Both the position numbers and the translations under genes were made by a program. Positions 11,351 to 26,300 of a stretch of DNA of 64,000 nt are shown here, one piece after another. This stretch comes from Camelus dromedarius (Eukaryota): the NCBI RefSeq assembly GCF_036321535.1, contig NC_087437.1, positions 90,708,001 to 90,772,000 of the forward strand, given 5' to 3'. Under the pieces are notes generated by a model. It was not told the origin of the DNA. It ran no database searches and saw only the letters and a list, made by a program, of their open reading frames with translations. How positions within the stretch are numbered: position 1 is the first letter of the stretch; every line of letters starts with the position of its first letter.

Positions 11351-14300
11351 ATTTAGCATTCATAGTATCAAATACTTCCCTCTATGAATTTCATCTCTGG
11401 AGTGATTTGACTTGTTTGTTCTTGACATAACCACTTGATAGTTTTATAATTTTTTAATTGTTATTTACCACATTCAAAGTTACTTCTATGGTATCTCATT
11501 CCTTCAACAAATAAATACATGTATTTTGAGTACATGGCTAGCCAGTGTGATACAAAAACACATACTAGAGTATTAAAGAATGATAAAGAATTAATGTAAT
11601 ATATTTGTACTTCAGAGGGCCTTCTGGAGGATCAGTGCCTTACCTTTAAAATTGTTTTTAAAGTAAGAAGGCATCATTTAAAAAACTCTTTACCTCCTAC
11701 CAGGATGCATTTATATACTCTGCATTTACTAAGGGCTTATCCTAGAACCAATAAATATTTATCAGATTTCTGAGACTTCTATAATTAAATAGTTTACTTA
11801 CATGAGTTATGTTTGGGTTGAATACATGAAGTCAGAAATATGTTTTTTAGGGGACTGGAAAGGAAGCAAAAAAATTCCAGAAGTTGTAAGTGTTATGTTG
11901 GAAGTTATTTCTATGATAGAAAGACTTCTTTTATTTTTAACTCCAATTTAGGGTATTTTTATTTAAAATTTTTAAGGCTAACAAAGGACCATTTACACCA
12001 TCTGTTTCAGTTTCACTGTGATACAGATTTTCTCTCTATTTTTTTTCCCTCTTTAAATAGACATTCTGTTTGGCACCTTGTGCTTAAGTACATGTCTTTG
12101 AGTCAAAAATGTAGTTTGTCTGACTTCCTGTCAAGCCAATATTTATTCACAAATATCTGTTTTGTTGCTTTCTCACATAAAATCATATAGCACTTTTCCC
12201 ATGTGAAGAGTTGGCTAGTTGGTAGTAGTGTGAGCTGCCAGCTGGAGCTTTTACAGTTTTAGCATGCCAGCTGCTTTCATGATGGACAAGTTGTTCCCTG
12301 TCTTTAGTTTTACTTTTTTATTTTAATGGGAGTGCATTCCTTTTGCTTTAATTATGAGAGGAGAGGGTAATGCCTCTTATATTCTACATGTACACATTTG
12401 ATTGCTCAGTTAAAAATAATAATAACATTTCTTTTGAAACTATTATCCTGGAACTGTTCTTGAGACAAAGGCCAGCCAGATACCTCCATGCATCTCTTTG
12501 TAAGGTATCTTTCAAATATCTTAGAAGAGTTCTTTGGAAGTTCCTAAGATGCACATACAAAGATGACAAACATGGAACAGTTGCTGGACTGGTAGACTAG
12601 GATATTCTACTTGAATAGTTGTTGGAAGGGTAGACCAGGGTATTTTACCCATAAAAGTATATTTTGTAGGAATTTTTTGCTGCACAACTCTAACAATTTT
12701 TGTCTGTCCCTGCTGCAGCTTTAGGAAAGTGAGGTTAAGACCTGCCTATCCTGACTCAGCCTTGGACTATTTTGCAATGAGTAAGAGTACCATAAGATTA
12801 TTTTCTCTAAGTTTTTTGACTATATTTTTGAAATATGAAAGGTGAGCAAGAAAAACCTCAGTGTACTGAAAATGCACTATTTTTTCTTGGCTATTTATAA
12901 AATTATTTCATTTAGAGAAGAATGCTTCTGTTTATGTCATTCTCTTCATAGATAATTTTTCAACCTAGTGTCAACTGGGACACAAAGTAATTTCAGCAAT
13001 GATTAAATAGAAAATTCTTAGTCTCAAATTCACCATATAAATACTTAATACCTTAAAGAAGTTTAAAATTGTATCTATTAACAATAATATTTCTATTCAC
13101 TTGCAAGTTTAAACAAACTAAAAAACCCTAAATCAGATTATATACACAGCCTAGAGTTTGGAAATAAAGATATTACTGAATATTCAATTGAAAATTGAAA
13201 AAAAAGTTTCTAAAATCTTGTATGATCGGAGTAAGAAGGACACAAAAAAGAAATAAATGTCTATTTTTATTAAAATGTGATTATCAATTATTTCTTTCTC
13301 TAAACAATTCTACATAGTGAGCTTAAAAAGAAATTGAAGAACACTTTTTTTCCTCTTAAGTGAAGTTTTTAGCCAAAGAATTTACCAAGGGAAATAGTAT
13401 TCACACAATAATTTGTTCATTCATTCACTCATTCAAAAACACTGCTATGCAGGTCAGCTATGTACATATCATCAAATCAGCTTTACTCCAAGGTTTGAAC
13501 TGTCACTTAAACTGTGTTAACCAGAAAATTGGATAAGTAGTTGGGGTGGTAATTTGGTGGTGGTGGGGGGTGATATTGTAGATCTGATTTTATCTTATGT
13601 ATGTCTCAGCTAATGAAATTAAAAGTTGATAACCTTTATACTGCTTTTTAAAAAATGAGATTAACATGACACTACTTTGAAAGTTTCTAAAGATTGTAAG
13701 AATTGAGTAAATGAAAATAAAAAGGAAATTTATATCTAACAAAAGTTTATTCTTTCTTTAGAAATCTTAAAATGTGGGATTATTTGTGAAATTGCATTGA
13801 ATTTAGATGTATGTGAATCTAGATTGTTTAGATTTATTTTGCTATGAAGAAAAACATGTTTTGTAAATCATCCATAGATGCAATGCAAATTTATGACTGT
13901 TAAAGTTATTTATTTCTTATATATACAAACATATATGTATGTGTAATATAATCACACTTGCCTTTTCATTACTTGGAATTTAATAAGGAGCTTATTTATG
14001 GAGTATTTTTCTTGAACTAATTAAGGGAGTACAACTGAGTATATTTAAAAATTGTTATCTATATGTGTGAAAATATCTATCTATACATAGATTTAGATTA
14101 GATATGCAGTCATTATGTTACCTTCATTTTTGATCCATAATGTACAAATATTATTCCCAAATTAAAAAATCAAGGCTTTAAGAACTATTATCAAATTATT
14201 TCAGCAACATTTAAATTTATGTTGCCAGCTATTATAATTCCAATTATAATTTTGAATGTTTAGACCTGTACTAAAAATTGCAGAATATTTATTCCTAAGA

Positions 14301-15477
14301 CAAAAATGACATTTGCTATTGATTTATTAATAAAATGAACACTGAGAAATAAGTAAATATGTAGAAGTCTTGTTTCCTGCTGACCCAGCATTTGCTGTCA
14401 ACATTAATCCAAATTCTATTCTTATAAAAAACTTGCATAAACAAACAAAAATACAACCCTTGTATCATAGTTCAAAATTTATATATGTCTGGTTTAAATA
14501 TATTTTCAAATTTGTAACTGCTACTGGGTATGAAATGCAGAACCCACACTAGGCTAGGGAAATACTTTCTCTTAATTCATCTTTTTGAAATTGTTTATAT
14601 TTTAATGAATTGATATTGTTAAATAAGTTGTTCTAATATAGAACACTTTTTGAAAGACATATAAGTTAATTTCAAAGATTTTTCATATATATATAATTTA
14701 CATATATATGTTTAAATGAATTTCCACCAAAATAAAATGTGTTTGTGGTGAAAAATAAAATTGTACAGAGAATCTCATGAGAAAAAGCTGTGTTCTCTCA
14801 ACCGTACCTTTCCTACCTCTGCTCACTCCTATGGAGTAAATTATTTGATATCTTATTTTAGTTCTTCTGGTGATTGCCTGCATAACTCTTGAAAATATGC
14901 CTTGTTGTTCCTTGCTGATATATTAAATTGGAATAGTATGTGTTTATGTCTTGATTTATCTTTTACCTCATCTTTTCTTTTCAGCTTTCATATATATATT
15001 TTGAGTTTTCCATTTGCAAAGATTTTAACTTCAATTAATTAAGCTTCTTTGCCTTGTTTCATATGTTTGACAATATTTTCTGTCTTCACTTTATAAGAAA
15101 ATATGTTAGAATATCCTTTCCTTAACCATCCCTAACAATTTCAGGCCTAACCTTCACTTTATACTTTGTCTTGCAGCTAAAATAAAGACTTCTTGTATAT
15201 TCTTATTGATTATTACACTGGAAAGCTAGTATATGATGACTATTTCAATAATGTTCAAATTGGTGCTATTTCACTAAGACTGCATTTCCTTCTCACCTAT
15301 ACATTGCCTTAAACCTGAGTCACTAAGTGAGTATTTCTAGCATTTAGAATTAAATGTATTCAATTTTAAGCTCATTATTTGCTAAAAAAAAAACATGTTA
15401 TAGCTCCTTTTTTTTAACATATTTGAATTAAACATTATGTTGTTCATTTTGATTTGGTTTGAGTTTTTAGCTTAGGA

Positions 15478-15518
15478 GTGAGTGAGTGAGTGAGTGTGTG
15501 TGTGTGTGTGTATGTGTA
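15478..15518 (+). repeat. (GTGA)n-(GT)n microsatellite
   Basis: Direct read. Confidence 0.9.
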
Positions 15519-16699
15519 TTAATTATCACATCCTCAAGTCAGTTAACCTTTCTGTACTGCCAAGCATCCTAGATCTTGTCTCACAGAACCCTCCATTGTC
15601 CTGATAAATAATTATTTATTCATTAATTTAACCAATGTTTTTAGCACCTATTAGGTGTCAGATATTTTAGGCATTAATAGCTGGATGTTCCCCAGGCCTT
15701 CAATTTGGGATCTATTTTTTACTGCTTTTATATGCTACAGTCTATGTTTTTCAAGATTATGTGCCTTTCTACTTCTTGATTTTTGTTTCACTTTGCTGGA
15801 GAATATCCTGAAGTAAAGTTGGGTGTACCAGAGGTAACTTTTTTGAGTCCATCAATATTTGAATGTGGCTTTATTCTGACCTCACAAACTGATTTGTATG
15901 CATGTCTTCTAAACTCTGAATTTTCCTTCAGAAGTACCGACATTTTTCTATTGTTTTCTTCCATCAATATTTCTGATGGTTGATCAGACAGTATTTTGTA
16001 GTGGGCTTATTTTCTCCCACTTAGAAGTATCTAGGATCCTTTATTTAGCCATTGATTTCAGAAATTTTATGAGACTAAAACTTTTATCCCTTTTCTGCTT
16101 TTGAAACTGTTGTCTAGTAACTATCAATTTCTAGAAATATCAATGTCTAATAATTATGAATTACTTCCTTTCCATCTTTCTTTCTGCTCTTTCATTCTGG
16201 GACTTTTATCATATTTTTAATTCCAAGTATTTATTCTTGTTGTCTGATATTTATTCCTCTTTATTAAGATAATAATATTTTATGTATGCTTTATATTGTC
16301 CAAAGTGCTGCAAATAATATGCAGAATTTAAAATATGTTTTTTCTAGTCTCCTTAATGGTCTGTTTCCCCAGAGGTCAGTATTTTTACTTGATTTTGATC
16401 TTTTTATTCCATGCCACTGATTCTTTATGTAGACCAGCTTATTGATTCTCTGTTCATACTAAGACAGTAGGCTTGAACAGCTGCCATGTGCTTCCTTTCA
16501 TTTGTCCAAGAAATCTTTTTTCTAGACACTCCTAGAAGCAGTTAGTTAAGATCCCCTATGGGAGAAATTGATGAGATTTCACGGAGCATGATTAAGATTT
16601 AATCAGAAAAAGAGAGGTTAAAAGATTAATAGAATAGCCACATGAGCAAGAAAAAAATGATGTTTTGTAGAAAACAACAGTACATTCATATTTACTGGA

Positions 16700-17860
16700 C
16701 AGAGGCAGAGGTGACACAGGTTTTGAAGTTGGCATTAAGAGCAACATCAAGTCATGGGGTCACTGTCTTCTTTGAGCAGATTGGAAAGAGAGAGTCTGGT
16801 TAGAAAACCCTATAATATTTCAGATGGAAATTAAGATGGATCTGAACTAGAGAAGAATTATAGAGAAAAAATATGAAAAATTACTGAACTAGGCAACTGG
16901 TAGCTTGTGATGAAAACTAAAAATGAAAAAAAATGCACAAAGCATGCAGAAAAGAAAATAATTTGACTAACAGGAAAGAAAAGTGGGTCAGTAATGTAGC
17001 ATGGGCATTTAGTACACGGTTTTACTACCGATGATTGTAGTCCATTCACAAAAAGTATTGATTGAGGATAAAAGATCACTGATTCAGATTTGAACATGTT
17101 GCATATGAAGGAGCACTGAAGCATTCAGGTGGGATGTATAACAAATAATACATTCTAGAAATCTGAAGTTTACTAAAATAGCTAAGGTTTAAATTACAGA
17201 GTGGGGAGTCAATTCCACATAGGTGGTAATCAAAAGCACAATAATATTTGAGAAAATATAGTAAGAACCAAAAAATGTGAAATAATCTGAAGGAGACATC
17301 CTGAAAAAAACTCCAAATATTAAAAAGGCTGTTAAAGAAAGGCATCAGAATATTGAAACATGATTATCAGAAAGTAGGGAGTCATAGAAAAGGCATGAGT
17401 TCATGGCAACTGAGGGGGAAAACAATTTCAGATGGAGTGTGTGGTGAACATTTTCTGACTGTAGGGTTGTGTATCAGTGGTCTCTTTTGCTTGGGAGTTT
17501 TGCTTACCTACTCCTTTCAGGCTATCTCCTGATTACCCTTCAAGCCGAAACTTGAGTATAATCTCAGAGAGGCCTTACCAGACTACTCAGGCCAGTGTAA
17601 GTCCCCATTATTATTCTTTTCATAATAACTAGTTCTTTTATTTAAGTAAGTTTTCAAATTACAACGGTTCTCATATATATATATTTACTTATTTGTTCAT
17701 TCTTGTATATTTGTTCAATATTTTTCTCTCTAGATTAAAAAGTCATGGAGAAAGGAGAGTTCTTTATTTTATTCATCACCATATATAATAAATGTAACTC
17801 AATTTCTGACACATAGTAGTTGCTCAGTAAATATTTACTGAATGAAAGAATGGAATTATA
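16700..17860. mobile_element. Diverged L2 LINE fragments
   Basis: Purine-rich L2-like body at 16700-17460 and a typical L2 3' end 'ctgacacatagtagttgctcagtaaatatttactgaatgaaagaatg' at about 17805-17852. Confidence 0.55.
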
Positions 17861-18966
17861 GTAGAGAAGGAGAGAAGATGAGAAAGAAAAGATTTCCACT
17901 GGATTTGAAAAATGGGAGATTATTAGATACCAGATTAAGAGAACTGCAGGTGGACTAGTAATAACAATGGGAAGAAATAAAGTGTTTACTGTGTTTCAGG
18001 TACCGGGTAAATTACTTTTCATGCATTCTCTCATTTAATCAAGGCAACACTATAAGGTTATTATTCTTTCTACCTCAATTCTAACATTAGGCAACAAAGG
18101 GTTAAAAGCATTGAAGCTAGGAATCAAATCCATGTCATCCCTGTAAATACCATACTTCTAATATGCCCTGATTTCAGTGGGTTGGTAAATAAATGGGAAA
18201 CAGTAGAAAGAGTAAGAATATACTCTCCTTTTGAGAGTCTTAAGGAGAGAATAAACAAATGTATTGAGGATATTTGTAAAGAGTACACACTTATATGCTA
18301 AGACTAAGAGGTGCTTAAGTTCTTGTCAGTAGACGTTGAAACAAGAAAGGTCAATTAATGATGTAAAATTTGGAGGCTTCAGTTGGCTATGTAATGATAA
18401 GTAAAGGCAGCACTAAAATGCCTTTAGACTGTAAAAAGGAAACATATTAGGGGTGTATATAATAAATTTATAGTTGGTAAGGGGCACAAAGTTGAAAGAC
18501 TAAAGATTTCAGGGAATTTTTTTGATTTTAATGTTGGGACTGAAGCTCATTCTGGCCAATCAATGCACCTGAGATAAATAAAATGAACTTCAGAAGAGTT
18601 AATAGTTGTTTTTATAAGCTGCCCATGACATACTATTTAGACATCACATTGCCCATAGAGGATCTTGTGATTGATAGTATTAAGATATTAGAATTATTTG
18701 AGATTCAGACTACTCTAAAGGGTGGTGTTACTCCCAATCTGTGTGCTACACAAAAACAAAAAAACAGAAAAAAAAAAGAATTCTAGCATACGTTCAGTTA
18801 ATTAACATTAAAATTCTAATACAACATTTACACAGCACTTTAAAGTTGCTTCAAAACTAAGTTTGAAGAGTTTTTGTGGTTGAAATGTAAACAAACAGTA
18901 AATCAACATTTTATTCCATTTCTTTTTGCACACATTGTGTGTTCTCAGCTCCGCAGAAGTTACTCG

Positions 18967-18990
18967 TGTGTGTGTGTGTGTGTGTGTGTA
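18967..18990 (+). repeat. (GT)n microsatellite
   Basis: Direct read. Confidence 0.9.
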
Positions 18991-20410
18991 TAAATGTAAT
19001 ATAGGGTATGATCCTTGTCTTACAAGGCTAATGATATATCTTCAGTGATAGAAGAAAACATGAAGTAATCAGAGAATATCCATGAGATAAACTGTGAAGC
19101 TGAATTACGTATACAACAGAAAAAAAAGAAAGGAAAGGTCAGTCAGTGTCAGCTCACGTAATCAAAAGAAGGCTACAATGAAAGAGACAGAACTTATTCT
19201 GGGTCTTAGGAAATAAGTAAGATTTAGATGAACAGAAAGCTGCTGAGTGAAAACCACAATAGGATAATACCTGGAACCAAGGGTTGAAGGTGATAAAGGG
19301 CAAGGGTCTTGAAGGTTGTAAATGCTTCTGCAGGTAGGTGAAGTCATCAGACCATAATCAAAAGCAATTGCACAAAAATCTCTGCAAGAAAGAACTAGAG
19401 GCATTGTAGCAGATATTCTGACTTCTTGCAAAGTTAAGAGCAGCAGATCGACCAGATGGGAATGCAGAAACCAGAGATGGGGTGGATCTTTTTAAAAATA
19501 GGCATAAGCTACCCATTAAATCGAAAAGCAGAGCCCAAGATGGTGACAGGTTTTGAAAAGAATGGGCGGAAAGAAACATAAGCCACAATTTTGTTTTTCA
19601 GAGCCACACTTGCACAAATGGAAAATATCTTCAAATATGAAAGATGAGAGTGTGGAGAACAAAACTCAGAGACTTTTATTTTCCCATGTGAGTTTTCTCT
19701 ATATTTCTGTACTTCAAGACTTACGCTGACCCTCATTTATTACATCACATAGTATCCTCTTATATTTGATTATATGTTTAATTTCTCTAATGAGTTAAAA
19801 TGGAAAAAGTCAGCTTAGGGTAATAAATAGACAAATCAGCAATAAATAGTATTTATGAGAAAGTAGTGACTATTTAAGGGGACTGAACATCTAAAAATGT
19901 ACATCTACTCTGATTATTTTAAAGTTTATTGTAGTAATTGTTATTTTGTACCACTTGATACTTTTCTTACAGCTTAGATATGACTTATTTCTCTGAAACA
20001 CTTTAATAATTTGGATTATCCCTTTCATGTATGGTTGGATTTTAAAATAGATTATGAATAATTTTGTTGGTACATCAGTTAGATATATTAGATAACATGT
20101 TCATCTACTTTATGTAATCGATAACTCACCATGAAGTCTATTGAGAAGTTTAAACTTTTAATATATTCTGGCACAACAGATATGAATGAATGATTGAATG
20201 AAAAGTACACAGATTAATGAATAAATCAATTCTTATAGCACATAAATATTTTTATGAGGTTATCTAATAATCTAATGCTGATAGAATGTAAGAAAACTAA
20301 TTTTTTGCTAATCATTTTTCTTCTCTCCAAATGGGATAGAATGTATCATAAAAATTTATGAGTACATAAATTTATTATTAATTATAGTGGTCTTAATAAG
20401 CCCTAATTTA

Positions 20411-21686
20411 TTTAATTAACTTATTTATTTATTGAAGTATAGTCAGTTACAATGTGTCAATTTCAGATGTATAGCATCATGTTTCAGTCATACATATACA
20501 TACATATATTCGTTTTCATATTCTTTTTCATTATACGTTATTACAAGATACTAAATATAGTTCCCTTTGCTATACGGAAGAAATTTGTTTTTTTATCTAT
20601 TTTATATATAGTAGTTAGTATTTGCAAATCTCCAGCTCTCAATTTATCCCTTCCCACCTCTGATAACCATGTTTGTTTACTCTATGTCTGTGAGTCTGTT
20701 TCTATTTTGTAAATAAGTTCATTTGCATCTTTTTTTTTTTTTTTTTAGATTCCACATATAGTGATATCCTATGGAATTTTTATTTCTCTTTCAGGCTTAC
20801 ATCACTTAGAATGACAATCTCCAGATCCATCCATGTTGCTATAAATGGCATTATTTTATTTTTTTATGGCTGAGTAGTACTCCATTGTATAAATATACCA
20901 CAACTTCTTTATCCAGTCATCTGTTGATGGACATTTAGGTTGCTTTCATGTCTTGGCTATTGTATATAGTGTTGTTATGAACATTGGGGTGCACGTATCT
21001 TTTTGAATTTGAGTTCCCTTCAGATATATGGCCAGGAATGGGATTGTTGGATCATACGGTAAGTCTAGTTTTAGTTTTTTGAGGAATCTCCATACTGTTT
21101 TCCATAATGGCTGCACCAAACTTCTTTCCCATCAACAGTGTAGGAGGGTTCCCTTTTCTCCACACTCTCTAGTATTTATCAAAACATTGATTAAGGAAAT
21201 TAAAGATGACTTAAAGAAATGGAAAGATAATCCATGTTCTTGTACTAGAAGAATTAATATTGTTAAAATGGCCATACTACCCAAAGTAATCTACAGATTT
21301 AATGTAATCCCTATCACATTTTTTACAGAACTAGAACAAATAATCCTAAAATTTATATGGAATCACAAAAGACCCAGAATTGCCAAAGCAATACTGAAGA
21401 AAAAGTATAAAGCTAGAGGAATAACCCTCCCAGACATCAGACAATACTACAAAGCTACAGTAATCAAAGCAGAGTGGTATTAGCACAAAAACAGACATAT
21501 GGATCAATGAAACAGAACAGAGAGCCCAGAAATGAACCTGCAGACTTACAGTCAATCAATCTTTGACAAAGGAGGCAAGAATATACAATGGAAAAAAGTC
21601 AGCCTCTACAGCAGGTGTTGTTGGGAAAACTGGACAGCCACATGTAAATCAGTGAAGTTAGAATACTCCCTCACACCATTCAAAAA
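20411..21686 (-). mobile_element. 5'-inverted (twin-primed) truncated LINE-1
   Basis: 20411-21178 is an L1 3' end on the minus strand with a T-rich tail at left. 21179-21686 is ORF2 on the plus strand ([16 protein letters not shown]...LEYSLTP). Degenerate TSD aataagccctaattta (20395-20410) / aatgagccttaactta (21687-21702). Confidence 0.88.
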
Positions 21687-21949
21687 AATGAGCCTTAACT
21701 TAAATAAATGTTAGTCTGGAAAAATGAGTAGTCAAAACTTTTCTTTATGCCACAGTAATAAGAAATTTTATTTTCATTTGGTCCTTCCTCACTTCCCAGA
21801 ATAACATGAGTAAAATTAAAATGAAACAATTAAATATATCATAGTATATAGAATTAGTAAAGAGTATAGTTAGTAAACAATTACCACTTCAACTTAGCAT
21901 ATATTGGGGGCAATACAGCAAGAAAAATCAAGAGTGATGATGAACTAAC

Positions 21950-23790
21950 TATAATTGCCTCTCTTCTCAGATGATATGAGAACATCCCAGAAATTCCAAA
22001 ATAATCTGAAGGCTAATTATTAGAATATTAAGAACAAATTTTACAAAAGTGATAGATTTAAAGTCTAAAAATATCCAATCAACTTTTATTTATAGGAAAC
22101 AAAAAAAAGTAAAATATACCATTCACAGTAGCATCAAGATTTTCAGTTACCTATGATATAATCTAACAAACAACACACAAAAATTTTATGTCAGAAAACA
22201 TTCATAATATTACTGAGAAACAGCAAAGAAGACCTAAATAAATGGAAGGACTTATTCCTTTTTTTGATTAGAAGATACAATTTTCAAACTATGTCAGTAC
22301 TGTCTACAAATATCTATTTAACCCAATGCGATTCTTTTTAAAATATAACTTTTTTTTTCTTTCTTTTTTTTCCCCAGGGGAATTGAAAGACTGGTTTCTC
22401 AGTTGTAAAGAAAATCAGAGAGGTAAGTGTAGCCAAGATAATTTTAAGGAAGAACAAAAAATTGAGACTTAACCTATCATGATATTATCAAGTAACAGTA
22501 TTTAAGACCACATGATAATGCTGCACGGAGAGATTATTTGAGAAACAAGTTACACAGTAACTTGATTTATAACAATGATGATACTATAGTGCAGAAAAGA
22601 AGTGGCAGATTTCTCAAAATGGTCAATTGAATAAAGATACTGAAAAAAATGAGCTTTGTCCTGCCATCATATACAAAAAGAAATTTCAGATAGACTGTAT
22701 ATCTACATGTCAAAGGTAAAACAGTAAATCTCAGGATAAATGTGAGCAAATATTCATGACATGGGAGCTGGCAAAGATTTTTTAAAATAAGATATACTAG
22801 GGATTAAACATAAGGGAAATACTGATAAATTTGACTTTGTTAAATTTAAGAACATCTGTTCATTAAAAGGCATCAAAATGAGAGTGGAAATTCAAGCCAG
22901 AGTGAGAAAAGATTTTTGCCATAATGTTATCTGACAAAGTATTCCTATATAAAATACACAAAGAACTTTAAAAATTCAATAACATAAAAGAGACACAGCC
23001 CAAAACAGAAAAGAACAAAATATTTGAACAGGTACTTTATAAAAGCAATAATTCTTATTATCAATAAACTTATAACAAAGTGCTCAACTTCATTAGTAAT
23101 CATGGAAATAAAGTTAATATCACAATTAGAATTCACTGCCTCCACTAGAATAACTAATTATGAAAAATACAAAAAAATAACATTTTGATGAAGACAGAAA
23201 CAACTGAAACTAGCACACTGGTACTGTGGTATATTAACAGGAATGTAATATACTCCAATCACTTTGGGAAACTGAGTTTACAAAGCTGAATATAACATTA
23301 GCTTATGAAGATTTTATATGTGCACTGAACATAAATGTGCATATATGTGTGCCTAAAAAGGATATATTTAGCAGCACTATTCTTGGCCAAATAATTGGAA
23401 ACAATCCAAAAACTCATCAACTATAAATTAATAAATTCTGATATAACAATTCAATAAAAAACACTATACAATAATAAAAAATCCAAATTTTTCTAGACAT
23501 AACATGGATAAATCTTACAAGTATAATGGTGAGTAAAAGAAGCCACAGAAGTAAAATAAACCCACACATACGTTTAATTTCAAACCATGAAACTAATTTT
23601 TTAGACAAAACTAACAGAAACCAAGATGGTAGTGGTTAATTTTACAAGGTGGTATCATTGGAAGTTCTGATAGTAATCTAATTCTTAATACTGGTGCTGG
23701 TTATTTAGTAAAAATTCATCAAATCGTAAAATTTAGGGTCTCTGCACTCTTCCTTATGTTACATATACTTATATATAAAATACATATAAT
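21950..23790 (+). mobile_element. Old L1M (L1MD/L1ME-like) ORF2 3' half and 3'UTR
   Basis: Degenerate ORF2 motifs ('aaagaagacctaaataaatggaagg', 'atttgaacaggtactttataaaag', 'aacatggataaatcttacaagtataatggtgagtaaaagaagcca'). Confidence 0.75.
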
Positions 23791-23793
23791 CTG

Positions 23794-24235
23794 TGTATTA
23801 GTTTCCTAGAGTTGTTGTAATAAATTACCATAAATTGGGAAGGTTAAAACAACAGAAATTTATTCTTTCACAGTTCAGGACACTAGAATTCCAAAATCAT
23901 GGTGTTGGCAGGATTGGTTCATTTTATAGGTTCTAAAAAGAGCCTGTTCCATGCCTCTCTCCTGGGTTCCAGTGGCTGGAATTTGGCATTCCTTGTAGAT
24001 ATATCACTCCAATCTTTTGCTCTATCTTCACATGGCCTTCTTCTCTATATCTCTGTGTGTCCTATTCTGTTTCTTGTAAGTACACTTACTGGAATTAGAG
24101 GCTGTCTTAACTCCAGTACGAAATCATCTTGATCCCTACTTTAGTTACATCAGCAAAAATCATATTTCCCAATAAGGCCAGATTCTGATGTTCTGAGTCT
24201 ATATAAATTTGGGGGAAACTACTCAACCTGTTACA
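23794..24235 (-). mobile_element. MaLR solo LTR (MLT1A/B/C-like)
   Basis: Begins 'tgtattagtttcctagagttgttgtaataaattaccataa...aacaacagaaatttattctttcacagttc' and ends 'actcaacctgttaca'. Confidence 0.85.
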
Positions 24236-26134
24236 GTTATGCTTCAATAAAGCGTTTACAGAAAAAATATATATATACTATAAAAATAATATTAGGTTAA
24301 TCAAGTGTTTAATGGTTACTCATGGGAGTATAATAGTTTTATCTGAGTTGATTCCATGAGATACTGGAATTGTACCCTGGGTACTTTTTTAGCATCAATA
24401 AAAATTATATAAACAAAGAATCTTATAAAACATAAATATTCTTGTAAAAAATGCTTTTATCATTTTAGAGAATATATGAATTTCTTTCCATCATTTGTGC
24501 TAGATGTTTATTTTCCTTTGCCTTTAATAGAACTGTTTTATAATTTTAAATCTGACAAAATGGAAAACCAAAACAAAACTGATTTTGTGGATACTGATTA
24601 AATAACTACATTTATAAGCTTAAAATGAGTGACCATAGGCTGAATGTACTATTAGTATATTGTTAATATTTCTATACCTTAATATGCTATAGAACTGAGT
24701 GTAATCTTTAAAGTTGAAATTTGAAAACCAAAAAGGCTTTATTTCTTATATTGGCACATAACTTAAAAAAAAAGAAAACCTCAATGCATATCAGATTAAA
24801 GATATTAATCACATGAATGTATAATTATAGCTTTCTTACTTATAAAAACTGATTTTTTAAATTCTAGAGATAGTTTTGGACTTAGTCCTCACCTTTACAC
24901 AAAACAATTCCTTTCTATTTTACATGCAATATGTTCATCATGATTTTCTATGTGGCATATTAGAATAAACAATTCTATCTCTATTTAATCTATACAGCTT
25001 TTAAAACTAAATCTGAATTTCTAAATTAAGAAAGGAGTGCTTTAGCACTGCTTGTTTATATGCATACCAAAATACCTTATCTTGGTTTTATGATGTTGTT
25101 TGTAAACTCTGGAGACACTAATGCTAATTTCATCTTTGTTACTTTCTTGGATAATCTGTTCTGAGGCTTTGTGTATTGCTGACATACAATGTTCAGATTT
25201 TATTTTTCCTTAGTGAAGCCTGTTGTTTAGCTTTGCTATCACTAAAGCTTGTTATCGTTTATCCTGCTCACTCAGCTGCAAGGTTCAGTCCCTGTCCATC
25301 ATGCTTTCTAATACCCAATGTCTGTACTTTCTTGCAACTTTTTGTTTTTGTTTATTGGTATGAGCTTTTTTTCCCCTTTGGGAAGATGATAGCTGGTCTT
25401 ATGGTAGGAAACATTTAAAGATATTCTTTCATTTTCAAAATATAATTTAGCCTATACATATATGTAGAGAGAGAGGAAAAAGAAAGCAATTTTTTTAGTA
25501 ATAATATGTTCGAAATAGTAAATTAATTAGAGAAAGAAATGGAAAATAAATTTAGGCAGTATAGAGTTATAGTCTCAGGGCAACCAACATAAAGTGTGTT
25601 TTAAAAAAAGTAAAACACTGGCCTTTCAAATTATCTAGCAGAAGTATCAAACATAAAACTGTTTCAGAAAATCTTTACCCCCAGTGGTATGAGGATCAGT
25701 TAATAATGTTTTAGGAATTAGGACTACAGACTTTCTTTCATCCCAAAATGTATGGATTAACAAAAATTATTTGATAAAACAACATGCTTCAGATACAGAA
25801 AAATCTCCCATTCTATACCACTTACATGTAATGCAGCAAGTAATAAAAGACAGTTGTAAGATGTAAGGCAGATGTTATAGGTGTCTGGTTCCATATCACC
25901 TTAGCACTCACCATTCCAGGCTTTCAGAAGTCTTGTTACTGCATGCACCAGCAACTCTCTACCTGATGACTTTCCAGCAAGCATTTAGCTTGAAAGCAGG
26001 TTAGAAATACTGAGCAAGCAGGCACTCAGGGATCAGCCCTCAATCTATTGACAGACCAGAAGAAATATGGGAGCTTATTAACCTCAGGGATGGGACACAA
26101 CATATGTACATACATTCTATGCCAGGGCTACACA

Positions 26135-26298
26135 CTGCACTGGCAGCATCAGCATCAGCTAGGGGATGGTTAGAAGTTCCGGGGGCCAATCCAAGACCTG
26201 ATGAATCAGAATCTCTGGGAAATGAGCTTCAGAAACTGCTTTAACTAGATCCTTAAATAGTCCTTATATCTGCTAAAATTTGAGAAGCATTATTTTAC
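26135..26298. mobile_element. MER5A-like hAT DNA transposon fragment
   Basis: 'cagcatcagcatcagctagg...ccaagacctgatgaatcagaatctctggg...aaaatttgagaagcatt'. Confidence 0.7.
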
Positions 26299-26300
26299 AC

